Of a stretch of DNA of 64,000 bases, positions 9,553 to 18,775 are shown one piece after another. A program made the translations under genes and the position numbers. The notes beneath the pieces were generated by a model. The model was not told the DNA's origin, did not search any database, and worked only from the letters and a program-made list of their open reading frames with translations. Origin of the DNA: Cellvibrionaceae bacterium (lineage in GTDB: Bacteria > Pseudomonadota > Gammaproteobacteria > Pseudomonadales > Cellvibrionaceae); assembly GCA_050290225.1 (NCBI GenBank), contig JBNKHG010000057.1:46932-110931 (forward strand). The letters are read 5' to 3'. Within the stretch, counting starts at the first letter, position 1. Each line of letters opens with the position of its first letter.

Positions 9553-10545
9553 TTAAGTCGAGTCATGCCATGACGTGAGGATTGCTGCCAGCTCGGCAAT
9601 ATCGATATTGCCTCCGGTCAACACCAGGGCAGTGGGCTTGTGACTGTCGATCGGTACTCTACCTTCCAGCAGTGCTGCCAATCCTACGGCTGCCCCGGTT
9701 TCCACCACCATCCGTGCCTCTGTCAATAACCGCACCGCTGCTTCGATAATGGATGCATCTTCTACGGTGACCAGTTTATCCACCACTTGACGGCTGGCGG
9801 CAAAAGTAAAATTTCCCACCACTGCCGGGCCCAGGCTCACGGCAATAGTGTCGATGTGAGACAGGCTGGCATTGACATCGTTGTGATCCCAGGCATTGCG
9901 CAGAGTTGCCGCCCCCGTCGGTTCGACACCGATGAGTTCGATATCCGGCCGCTGTGCTTTCAGGGCAATACCCATTCCGGAAATCAATCCGCCCCCACCG
10001 ACGGGGACGATAACCCGTTGCAGGTCCGGCGCCTGTGCTAACAGCTCCAGCGCGACCGTTCCCTGACCCGCCATGATACGAGGATCGTTATAGGGGTGAA
10101 CCAGCGTCAACTTCTGTTTCTCCCCGAGTAAATGACAATGGGCTACGGCTTCCTGAATGGTGCCGTGGACTATAACCCGGGCGCCGAACCGCCTGGTATT
10201 TTGGATTTTCAGTTCACTTGAGCCTTCGGGCATCACCACGGTTACTGGTACCTTGAGCTGGCGCGCGGCCCATGCGAGCGCCAACGCATGGTTGCCCGCT
10301 GAGACCGTAATCAGTCCATTGGCCAGTTCCGCATCAGTAGCGGTGCGGAGCCAATTCAGGGCACCGCGCACCTTGAATGAGCCAGTGTGTTGCAGGTTTT
10401 CCGCCTTAAGCCAAAGGGGCTGATCCAGTCCGGCAGACAGATCCGGGGCGAACACCGAAGGTGTCAACACAATCTGACCCTGAATACGTTGCGCCGCCTG
10501 CATGATGCTGCTTACGGTGGGCAAGCGCTCATCGGACATGGACAT
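9553..10545 (-). CDS. PLP-dependent threonine-dehydratase-like enzyme (EutB-like candidate)
   Basis: Tryptophan-synthase-beta-fold enzyme with the PLP-lysine motif HTGSFKVRGALN and a glycine loop VPVGGGGLISG. The start is trimmed to MSMSDERL (10545), which overlaps the upstream stop by 17 nt. Confidence 0.8.
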   Translation of the reverse strand: MSMSDERLPTVSSIMQAAQRIQGQIVLTPSVFAPDLSAGLDQPLWLKAENLQHTGSFKVRGALNWLRTATDAELANGLITVSAGNHALALAWAARQLKVPVTVVMPEGSSELKIQNTRRFGARVIVHGTIQEAVAHCHLLGEKQKLTLVHPYNDPRIMAGQGTVALELLAQAPDLQRVIVPVGGGGLISGMGIALKAQRPDIELIGVEPTGAATLRNAWDHNDVNASLSHIDTIAVSLGPAVVGNFTFAASRQVVDKLVTVEDASIIEAAVRLLTEARMVVETGAAVGLAALLEGRVPIDSHKPTALVLTGGNIDIAELAAILTSWHDST

Positions 10546-11788
10546 CTCTGCTTGCTTTGGTGAGGAATTCACAGCCGTCACCGCTGACGACAATCGTGTC
10601 TGACAGGAACGCATCACCGACACCACAGCGCAGCAGCCAACTCATCAGGTGAAATACCATTCCCTCGCGTAGCACCATATCCGAATCGCGACGCAGGCCC
10701 ACGGGCACTCCACTACCGGACCAGCTTGGTGGATAGCCGATTCCGACAGAGTAACCACAATGGTGGCGGCGGTAGTGGGATAAATCGTGCTTGTTCAGGA
10801 CCTGTTGCCATTGCTCGTAAACATCGCCGGCGGGGACGCCGGGCTTGATGGTTTCTGCTGCCGCGAACAGCGCCTGTTGACAGATATCATTAATGTACTC
10901 GGCTTTCCTGGGGGCTCTGCCGATATACACCAGGCGTCCCACGGGGGCGTGATACCGGCGTACGCAGCCGGCCATCTCCAAAAACAACAAATCGTTGTCT
11001 TCCAGGATATGGCTCGACCAGGTGCCGTGTTCGTGTTCGAGCTCTCCCGCAGAACGAACCAGGGGAACGAATCCCGGGTAGGTACCGCCGCGTCGAAACA
11101 TGGCGTCGTAGATGGCGGCCATGATCTCCTGTTCATTGATATCGCTTCCCGCTGCTGCGACGGCCGACAGCATCATTGAATCCGATATGGCGGCGGCTTG
11201 TCGGGTCAGCGCCAGTTCGGCCTCCGACTGCACCAGTCGCACATTGTCGATCAGGTTACCCAAATCGTTCCATTCCGCGGCGGACGTTTGCTCCATGATG
11301 CAGTCGGCGACGGCATAAGGCAGAAAAGTACTGTTCATATCGAGCGCTAGAATGCCTTCGGCGACGCCCAGGTCGTGGAGTGTTTCCACGGTTTTCTCGA
11401 CGGCAGCCGTCGGTGAAATGGCGGGGCGCCTGCGAAGATCGCGCGTCGTTTGTCCACCGATTATCTCCAGGGTTTGTTCTAGGGGATTGGTTTCATTTTG
11501 AGATTTAGGCAGTATATTTCCATCGGAATAGCCTACGTGAATGACATCCGGTACCTGGTCGCGAACGGTGCTTTTCTCCATGGCGCGCGTTATAAGTGCC
11601 GGTCGTCCTTTCAGTGGAAACACTAGCAGTTGATAAGCGAAATAACCCATATGATCCAGACCCGTCAGGTAATAAATGTTTTCGGGGCTGGTAATCAGGC
11701 AGGCATCCAGCCCCTGACGGGACATCGCTTCCCGGACCAACTTACGGCGACGCATGTATTCTGTATCGTTAAAATAACGATTGCTCAT
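10529..11788 (-). CDS. M24-family metallohydrolase (creatinase / Xaa-Pro peptidase / ectoine-hydrolase-like)
   Basis: Has a creatinase-type N-domain (LDACLITSPENIYYLTGLDH) followed by a pita-bread C-domain. An AGGAAA Shine-Dalgarno site lies 6 nt before the ATG at 11788. Confidence 0.8.
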   Translation of the reverse strand: MSNRYFNDTEYMRRRKLVREAMSRQGLDACLITSPENIYYLTGLDHMGYFAYQLLVFPLKGRPALITRAMEKSTVRDQVPDVIHVGYSDGNILPKSQNETNPLEQTLEIIGGQTTRDLRRRPAISPTAAVEKTVETLHDLGVAEGILALDMNSTFLPYAVADCIMEQTSAAEWNDLGNLIDNVRLVQSEAELALTRQAAAISDSMMLSAVAAAGSDINEQEIMAAIYDAMFRRGGTYPGFVPLVRSAGELEHEHGTWSSHILEDNDLLFLEMAGCVRRYHAPVGRLVYIGRAPRKAEYINDICQQALFAAAETIKPGVPAGDVYEQWQQVLNKHDLSHYRRHHCGYSVGIGYPPSWSGSGVPVGLRRDSDMVLREGMVFHLMSWLLRCGVGDAFLSDTIVVSGDGCEFLTKASRDVHVR

Positions 11789-11945
11789 TGCGCTTTTCCT
11801 GTTCGCTGTGGTTAAGCATTCTCCTATGTTTATTGGCACAGGCGATGGGTTATAGCAAGCTCGTCGAGGTGATTAAAATGATTCGTTCTAACGGGCTGTC
11901 TTTTTAAAATTCAAATATTCCGTTGTTATTCTTTCATGATCGCGA

Positions 11946-11972
11946 AGTTGATTCTCTATACTGTTATCAACT
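11946..11972. promoter_or_regulatory. Inverted repeat AGTTGAT-N13-ATCAACT in the divergent M24/amidase promoter region (candidate operator)
   Basis: Perfect 7-bp arms. The embedded AGTTGA...TATACTG words recur upstream of the TetR gene (14904-14930), and CAGTTG..GGATAAAC recurs at 8233-8248. Confidence 0.35.
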
Positions 11973-12041
11973 GCATTCAGCAGGACCGGAGGAGGTGACG
12001 GGGCCCGACGCTGTAAAAAGGTGAAAACAGGTGCAAAAGTG

Positions 12042-13451
12042 ATGACATCAATAGCAGATCTGACAGCGACCGCATTGCTGAAGGCGTTCAAGCGTAAAGA
12101 GCTGTCACCCGTAGAGGTGGCGAATGCCTGTTTGGTGCGCATTCAGGCTTATAACGACTCGGTTAATGCCTATTGTCTGCTGGACCCGGCACGTACGCTG
12201 GAGGCCGCCAGAGCATCGGAACAGCGCTATCGGAGGGGCGAACCTCTGGGTCCCGTCGATGGCATCCCCACGGCGATCAAGGATGTGTTCCTGACGAAGG
12301 GGTGGCCTACCTTGAAAGCCAGCAAGACCATTCCAACTGACCAGCCGTGGAACGTAGATGCCCCCGTGGTCGCCGCTTTAAACCGCAGTGGGTTTGTACC
12401 TCTGGGTAAGACCACGACCCCGGAGTTTGGCTGGAAAGGGGTAACTGACAGCCCGCTGTGTGGTAACACCAACAATCCCTGGGACCCTACGAAAACAGCA
12501 GGGGGTTCGAGTGGTGGTAGTGCCGCGGCAGTGGTGATGGGGATGGGGCCTCTGGCACTGGGCACCGATGCCGGTGGATCTATTCGAATTCCCGCGGGAT
12601 TTTGCGGACTTTTTGGCTTGAAGCCGACTTGCGCACGGGTGCCCTTCTTTCCTGGTAGCCCGTTTGGATTCCTGGCGCATGCAGGTCCTATGACCCGAAC
12701 CGTGGAAGACGCTGCACTGATGATGAATGTCATTGCAGCGTGGGATGCTCGTGACAGCGCTCAGTTGCCACCGGATGGGGTCGACTACCTGCGTGATCTG
12801 GAAGCGGGCATCAAGGGCTGGAAGGTGGCATACAGTGCGGACTTGGGTTATGTCGACGTGGATCCGCAAATCGCTACAGCGGTGGAAGCGGCTGCCAAAA
12901 CTTTTGAAGCACTGGGGGCCAAGGTGGAACGGGTAGATCCGGGTTTCGCTGATCCCAGGCCGGCGTTTGAGCGATTGTTTTACAGTGGTGCGGCCAATGC
13001 CCTGCGGAACCTTGATAGCAGACAGCGTGCCCTGATGGATCCCAGCCTGGTATTTGTGGCAGAGAACGCTGCGAAATTCAGCATGTTGGACTATATGGAG
13101 GCGATTAACGAGAAGGTGAGGCTCAGTGAGCTGATGTCGGTTTTTTTTGATAAGTATGACCTACTGTTGACGCCGACATTGCCTATCGCTGCATTCACCA
13201 CGGGTCAGGAAGTCCCCGATAACTGGCATGACCCCCGATGGCCGTCCTGGACGCCGTTTACATTTCCATTCAATATGACGGGAGAGCCAGCAGCTTCAGT
13301 GCCTTGTGGATTTACGAAGATGGGTTTGCCTATAGGACTGCATATTGTCAGCGGGCGTTATCGTGATAAACAGGTATTGCAGGCTGCATATGCCTACCAG
13401 AATGCCCAGCCGTTATACGACCGACGACCTTTGGATACGCTGCACCAATAA
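12042..13451 (+). CDS. Amidase-signature (AS) family amidase
   Basis: Carries the GGSSGGSAAAV signature and an upstream AIKDV lysine; overall GatA-like. The ATG at 12042 is preferred over the GTG at 12021. Confidence 0.85.
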   Translation: MTSIADLTATALLKAFKRKELSPVEVANACLVRIQAYNDSVNAYCLLDPARTLEAARASEQRYRRGEPLGPVDGIPTAIKDVFLTKGWPTLKASKTIPTDQPWNVDAPVVAALNRSGFVPLGKTTTPEFGWKGVTDSPLCGNTNNPWDPTKTAGGSSGGSAAAVVMGMGPLALGTDAGGSIRIPAGFCGLFGLKPTCARVPFFPGSPFGFLAHAGPMTRTVEDAALMMNVIAAWDARDSAQLPPDGVDYLRDLEAGIKGWKVAYSADLGYVDVDPQIATAVEAAAKTFEALGAKVERVDPGFADPRPAFERLFYSGAANALRNLDSRQRALMDPSLVFVAENAAKFSMLDYMEAINEKVRLSELMSVFFDKYDLLLTPTLPIAAFTTGQEVPDNWHDPRWPSWTPFTFPFNMTGEPAASVPCGFTKMGLPIGLHIVSGRYRDKQVLQAAYAYQNAQPLYDRRPLDTLHQ

Positions 13452-13541
13452 GCGCATTTTGTGTTAGGTGAGAGTCACCTGGTTGTTCATATGGCAGTGC
13501 CTGGCCTGCGACGCGTCTGTTATTGGGCTCTTAAAATATTA

Positions 13542-14837
13542 TCAATCTGCTGAAGGCGGTGGCGGCCAGTTATTTTCGACAGTCGGGTCGATTATGCCGG
13601 TAAAAACGAAAGAGCTATAGGTCTTTCGAAAGCGTTTTGCCAATCTTGTCCTGGCTTCGATTGTATTGGCTTCAGACACAGTCAGAAGAATTCCAATCAA
13701 TGAGACAGTAGCAGTGATAATCGCTGCCATATCTGGATCTATGTTGTCTTTTGTATGCCCGTGCTTCTGGTGCCAATGAAAGAGCTTTCTATAGTAATTG
13801 ATAAGCGGGTCGTTTTCTGCTCCGCTTTTGAGCATTCGTTGTACCCTTATTTTCAGGAGGCTCAGATCTTCTGTGCTTAAGTCATCTGAGTTATCGTAGA
13901 ATTCTCTTTCTGTAAACGACTTGTCTATGGTGTGCAGCAGTTCACGGTCGAGCATTGCTTCCACAGCGGTGATTAGGTCTTCTTTTTTCTTGAAGTGGTA
14001 ATAGGCTCCAGGTCGTGTGACACCTGCTCTGCGTGCTACCTCGGATATGGAGACGGCCTCTTCGCCAACTTCGGCCATCAACCGCATGGTGGCTTTCATC
14101 AGAAGGTTTCGGGTCTCTATGGCCTTGGCTCTTCTTGCATCTGATGTCTGACGTGCCGGTTTCGGTTTGGACTTATTCAGGTCGTTCGAAGCATTTGAGT
14201 ATTTGGGCAGCTCCGGCCAATCTTTAAACGTTTCGAACTTAAGAACACCGTGGAAAATGTGTTCATAAATGGTTTTTCCGAAAACTTTTGCTAACTGGTG
14301 TCGGCGCTTTTCCTGTTTAGCCTGGGATACCGCCAGGTAAGCAGCTATGATGGTTGCACTCGAAATTATTGCCGCCATATGGGCATCCACGCCGGCCTGA
14401 AGTCGACCTTCACGTTTTAAGCGCTCGAATCCCCGCTTGCGTGAAGCGATAATAATGTCTCGCGACCCTTGATCCAGCAGACGCTGTATCCGCAGGAATA
14501 TCGTGTCTTCGTCTTCGGCGGCCAGTTCGGCTGCCTGTGAGTAAATAAACTCATCTTTCATGCTGCCGGTAACTGTTCTTACCAGTAGGTGGTCAGTTTC
14601 TGCTCGGACAGCATCCAGAAGTTCATCCCGACTTTTAAAGTGATAGTAGGCTCCTGGTCGAGTGATGCCGGCTTCTCTGGCAACTGCTGCGACAGAGACG
14701 GACCTAATCCCCTTTTGCACCATTAGCTTTGAGGCGGTGGTGATCAGCTTTTGGCGAGTAATGCGACTTCTCGCGGACCAACCGTTCTCTGGTTCCGTGT
14801 CAACTTGATTTAACTGAGGAGAATTTGTCAGTTGCAT
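13542..14837 (-). CDS. Fused tandem TetR/AcrR-family regulator (two complete TetR modules in one chain)
   Basis: 431 aa with two HTH regions: ...VAREAGITRPGAYYHFKSRDELLDAV... and ...VARRAGVTRPGAYYHFKKKEDLITAV.... Each is followed by about 150 aa of helical ligand-domain-like sequence. Confidence 0.8.
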   Translation of the reverse strand: MQLTNSPQLNQVDTEPENGWSARSRITRQKLITTASKLMVQKGIRSVSVAAVAREAGITRPGAYYHFKSRDELLDAVRAETDHLLVRTVTGSMKDEFIYSQAAELAAEDEDTIFLRIQRLLDQGSRDIIIASRKRGFERLKREGRLQAGVDAHMAAIISSATIIAAYLAVSQAKQEKRRHQLAKVFGKTIYEHIFHGVLKFETFKDWPELPKYSNASNDLNKSKPKPARQTSDARRAKAIETRNLLMKATMRLMAEVGEEAVSISEVARRAGVTRPGAYYHFKKKEDLITAVEAMLDRELLHTIDKSFTEREFYDNSDDLSTEDLSLLKIRVQRMLKSGAENDPLINYYRKLFHWHQKHGHTKDNIDPDMAAIITATVSLIGILLTVSEANTIEARTRLAKRFRKTYSSFVFTGIIDPTVENNWPPPPSAD

Positions 14838-15349
14838 TGCAGTATCAGACCCAGGTGGTTTGTCTTGAATAGATTTTCAGGCCTACTGTGGCCGCCAAAG
14901 ATTAGTTGACTTTACAGTTGAGTATACTGGATAAACAACAGGAGATCATTCCTATTTCGAGTTCTCAAGGGACTCGGAAAGATTCAGAATTTGGCAGATG
15001 GAAAAATCCTCAGCAGCCCTGTTTTCAGTATCATACCAAAGTGAGCTACTCATGATGCCCCGGGAATATAGCCCAGCCCTGGCAAATTGATAGAGTGATT
15101 CCCATGACCGGAGTGAATAAGCACGCATTAGACTGGGTTACATCACCTTACAGCTGTGAGTAGGACATCAAGCATTGTTTCTTCAGTGTTACGGTATTAT
15201 CTTGCCAATCCTATTACTCATTGAGAGGTTAGTTTCAGCTCCGACCCTTGATAGGGTCAGCCACTATTGGGGTATATTCAGACAATCTCCCAAAGCCAGG
15301 GGGGGCGGTAATTTTAAAATATACCGACCTGACAGTCTGGTAAAGGTGG

Positions 15350-15535
15350 TTATTCGGCGTCGGATTGTAAATGCCTGAAGAGTGCTTCCGACTGGGTAAT
15401 GCATGCCAGGGCAGTCAGCGTGTACTCTACCGAATTGTGATGTGTTTCCGCTGAAGCGCCGGCTGTGCAGCCTTCGGGAATAACTACAGAGAATCCGCGG
15501 TTGACGGCCTCTATGCTTGTGCCAACGAGAGCCAT
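15350..15535 (-). pseudogene. Isochorismatase/cysteine-hydrolase family gene, C-terminal remnant
   Basis: Only about 60 codons remain (LVGTSIEAVNRGFSVVIPEGCTAGASAETHHNSVEYTLTALA), matching the C-terminal third of the family. No upstream continuation is present. Confidence 0.55.
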
Positions 15536-15579
15536 ATTGCCTGGGTAATGGCGAAAGTCATCATCCCCCGGGTGAGAGT

Positions 15580-16258
15580 CTTACCTTGGGGGTCAATGCC
15601 GATGCGATCGATCAGATCATTCGGCAGATCAGGTGTGATGGGATTGAAGGGAAGCGTTTTTCGCAAATCGTCACTGTCGGTCATTCCTACGGCTCTTTGA
15701 CGGCGTCCTATGCGCAAGCCACCTGGGGCATGCAGACGGTGTGCTCCTGACCGGGATCACGGGTGCGAACGTCAACCAGTTTACTGCGCGGAGGAGTCAG
15801 TCGACGGCATCATGGAAGTCTTTACGCCCGCGCGCCCTGAGCCTTTCTTTGCAGAGCAATTTGATCGCCTTGACGATGATTATTACGTTACACGTACCGA
15901 CAGACGCACCATGTTTTCTTTTCGTGTTCCACCCGTCGAACCGGAGATGGTGGATGACCATTTGAAAGGCACGATGACGCTCGGCGAATTTCGTACCGCT
16001 TACCAAAATTTTGAGGTGTCGAAGAACATCACTGTTCCGGTGCTCGTGGAATTGAGCGAATTTGATACCTACTTTTACAATCCTCAAACTGAAGAGGATT
16101 ACAGCCGCGCGTTGAAAGAGGCCATTCGGCGCAATCCCTCGAATTTTACCCATGCACCTCTGTTCAAAAATGCCGGCCACAATCTGACACAGCATCCCAA
16201 CGCGCATGAACATTACCAAGTGATGTATGAATGGATGAAGGCTAACAACCTGGCCTGA
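15580..16258 (+). pseudogene. Alpha/beta-hydrolase gene, 5'-truncated and frameshifted
   Basis: The nucleophile elbow VGHSYGS is in one frame (15517-15750). The sequence continues as LLTGITGANVNQF in a second frame and as the C-terminal 180 aa (…FKNAGHNLTQHP…) in a third. The N-terminal ~100 aa are absent. Confidence 0.6.
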
Positions 16259-16715
16259 TCCACCGGCAAATTTAAACTGTTGTGACGAACAATCGCTCGG
16301 CTCGGTATGAGCGTTCCGGTCGCGCACCTCAGGGCTAAAGCCCGGCGGCCCTCGAGATCTTTGATTTCCTATTTGATGACAACCTGAAGTCCTTTTGAAA
16401 TGCTGCGCTTGCGCCCCAAAATGGAGCGTAATGGTAAAATTTGGCGGTTGGGGCAATTTCTGAATTTAATCTTCCTTCCGAAATCCTCGTCTGGCGGGGT
16501 TTTCAGCGATTTTCCTCTTTTCTGTCGATAAAATCGCCAGAACCCCCAGTGGCGTGTTCAACGATTGGACGTTCGAAGCGATGGGTACGCTGGCCCGTTG
16601 AGTGATTGAGTGATAGGCTGTCGTTTTCCGGGTGGGTGAGGTTATCGACAGGCCGTTTGTCCGTTTTTTTCGCTGCGTATGCTGATGAACCTTTGAAGTT
16701 AAGGAAGGAACACGT

Positions 16716-18335
16716 ATGGAAAATCAGGCTTGGGAAGCTCTGCTTAATCATCAAAAAGAACTGCAGGCGGTCAAAATTGTTGATCTCTTTGCGAAAGATC
16801 CAAACCGGTTTAAGGCGATGTCCTGCGAAACCGCGGGCATTACCCTGGATTTCTCCAAAAATATTGCCACATTGCAAACGCTTGATTTGTTGATCCAGCT
16901 GGCGGAGGAACGCCAGTTGCCTGAACGCATCCAAAGCTTGCTAAGCGGAGAGTATGTCAATCGTACAGAAATGCGACAGGCGTTGCATTCGGCGTTGCGC
17001 TCGCACAATCCGAATACCCGTACGCAGGAGGAGGCGGTCTCAGCGGTATTGGAAAAAATGGGGCGTTTCGTGGAAGCTATCCACAGTGGAAACTTGTGCG
17101 GATACTCAGGCGAGAAAATTACCCATATTGTCAACATTGGTATCGGCGGCTCTGATTTAGGACCGTTGATGGTGGCCGAAGCCCTGACGCCCTATCGCAT
17201 TGATACCATTAACTGCCATTTTGTCTCCAATATTGACGCCTCGGATATTTGTGAGACCCTCAAACGCCTGGATCCGGCGTCAACGCTGTTTATCGTTGCC
17301 TCCAAAACCTTTACTACCGTTGAAACCCTGGCCAATGCCTCGACGGCGAAGTCCTGGCTTCTTGATTGGTGTGTCGATGAGGCCGCAATCCAAAATCACT
17401 TTGTTGCCGTGACGTCCAACACCGGCAACGCCGTGGCCTTCGGTATCGCGGAGGATAATATTTTCCCCATGTGGGACTGGGTCGGAGGGCGATATTCCCT
17501 ATGGTCCGCCATTGGTTTACCTATAGCGCTTGCGATCGGTATAAACGGTTTTAACCGGCTGCGCGCCGGTGCGGCAGCGATGGATGAACACTTCCTCTCA
17601 GCACCACTGGATTCCAACCTGCCTGTGTTAATGGGACTGTTGGGTGTCTGGTATATTAATTTCTGGGATGCCCATGCCCATGCGGTGCTGCCGTATGATC
17701 ACTATCTGCGCTACTTCACCAAATACCTTCAACAGCTGGATATGGAAAGCAATGGTAAGAGTGCGACCCTTCATGGTGGTTATGTCGACTGCCATACAGG
17801 GCCCGTGATATGGGGGGATGCCGGTACCAATGGCCAGCACTCTTTTCATCAGTTATTGCACCAGGGGACCCGTTTGATACCGGTGGACTTTATCGCACCG
17901 CTTCAAAGCCATAATCCGATGGGTGATCATCACAGCCTGTTATTTGCCAACTGCTTGGGTCAAAGTCGGGCACTTATGACCGGCAAATCAATCGAACAAG
18001 CCAGGGATGAATTCCTGGAGATGGGCTACTCTGAGGATGAGGCGGCGGGCCTGGCACCACATAAAGTCATGCCAGGCAATCGACCCAGTAATACCTTGAT
18101 CGTCGACCAGTTGACGCCGGAGAGCCTGGGAGCGTTGATTGCCCTTTATGAGCACAAGGTCTATGTGCAAAGTGTCATCTGGGATATCAATGCGTTTGAC
18201 CAATGGGGGGTCGAACTCGGCAAGAAATTGTGTCATGAAATTCATGAGGTTATTGAGGGAAAAACGGAAGGGCACAGTCTCGACGCCTCAACGAAGGGGT
18301 TGATTCAGTTGTATCAAGGAGGCTCTGAGGGTTAG
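16716..18335 (+). CDS. pgi: Glucose-6-phosphate isomerase
   Basis: 539 aa with PGI hallmarks (GIGGSDLGP, ...LPYDHYLRYF..QQLDMESNGK...). A good AAGGAAGGA Shine-Dalgarno site is present. Confidence 0.95.
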   Translation: MENQAWEALLNHQKELQAVKIVDLFAKDPNRFKAMSCETAGITLDFSKNIATLQTLDLLIQLAEERQLPERIQSLLSGEYVNRTEMRQALHSALRSHNPNTRTQEEAVSAVLEKMGRFVEAIHSGNLCGYSGEKITHIVNIGIGGSDLGPLMVAEALTPYRIDTINCHFVSNIDASDICETLKRLDPASTLFIVASKTFTTVETLANASTAKSWLLDWCVDEAAIQNHFVAVTSNTGNAVAFGIAEDNIFPMWDWVGGRYSLWSAIGLPIALAIGINGFNRLRAGAAAMDEHFLSAPLDSNLPVLMGLLGVWYINFWDAHAHAVLPYDHYLRYFTKYLQQLDMESNGKSATLHGGYVDCHTGPVIWGDAGTNGQHSFHQLLHQGTRLIPVDFIAPLQSHNPMGDHHSLLFANCLGQSRALMTGKSIEQARDEFLEMGYSEDEAAGLAPHKVMPGNRPSNTLIVDQLTPESLGALIALYEHKVYVQSVIWDINAFDQWGVELGKKLCHEIHEVIEGKTEGHSLDASTKGLIQLYQGGSEG

Positions 18336-18775
18336 GACAACGCCTAAATGGGTGGTTTTCCCTATCTCATATCACAACGGCCTGAGGCTGAGCTATTGCT
18401 TCAATGTATGTCGAGCAAACGCCTGCATAAGGTTGTTTCGAAGCCATCTGTACTCAATGGCAATTTCAAAACGCTATTACCTGTGTCTCCAAACCTATGT
18501 CTCCAAACCTAGGGCTCCAAAGAGAGCACATGCGAGGGTATTGCCTTTGGAATGGGAGTGTGACCAAGTTTCTTCAGTCAGTCATGATTTAACATCAAAT
18601 TGACAGCGTTGTCATTTTGATGTATCGTTTGCATTCTTGTCCAGGGAGCTGTGCAGATGGTGAAGTAGCATGCATACCTAAACCCGTGGATTTGCTCACC
18701 AACAGAATGTTCATATGACACCTTGGGAGAGGGCCCAAGGCGTGTAAACAGCTGGCAAATTAGTAAGACAACGAA

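Noticed and set aside
10546-10626. A longer N-terminus for the dehydratase-like gene
   Set aside because: The extension overlaps the 3' end of the M24 gene by 98 nt and encodes non-conserved Ser/Thr/Val-rich sequence. The MSMSDERL start gives a typical coupled overlap.
16615-16670. A terminator or attenuator just upstream of pgi
   Set aside because: GGCTGTCG...CGACAGGCC followed by a T-rich run could be a terminator. However, the loop is about 22 nt and the stem has a bulge. This is too weak to annotate without transcript data.
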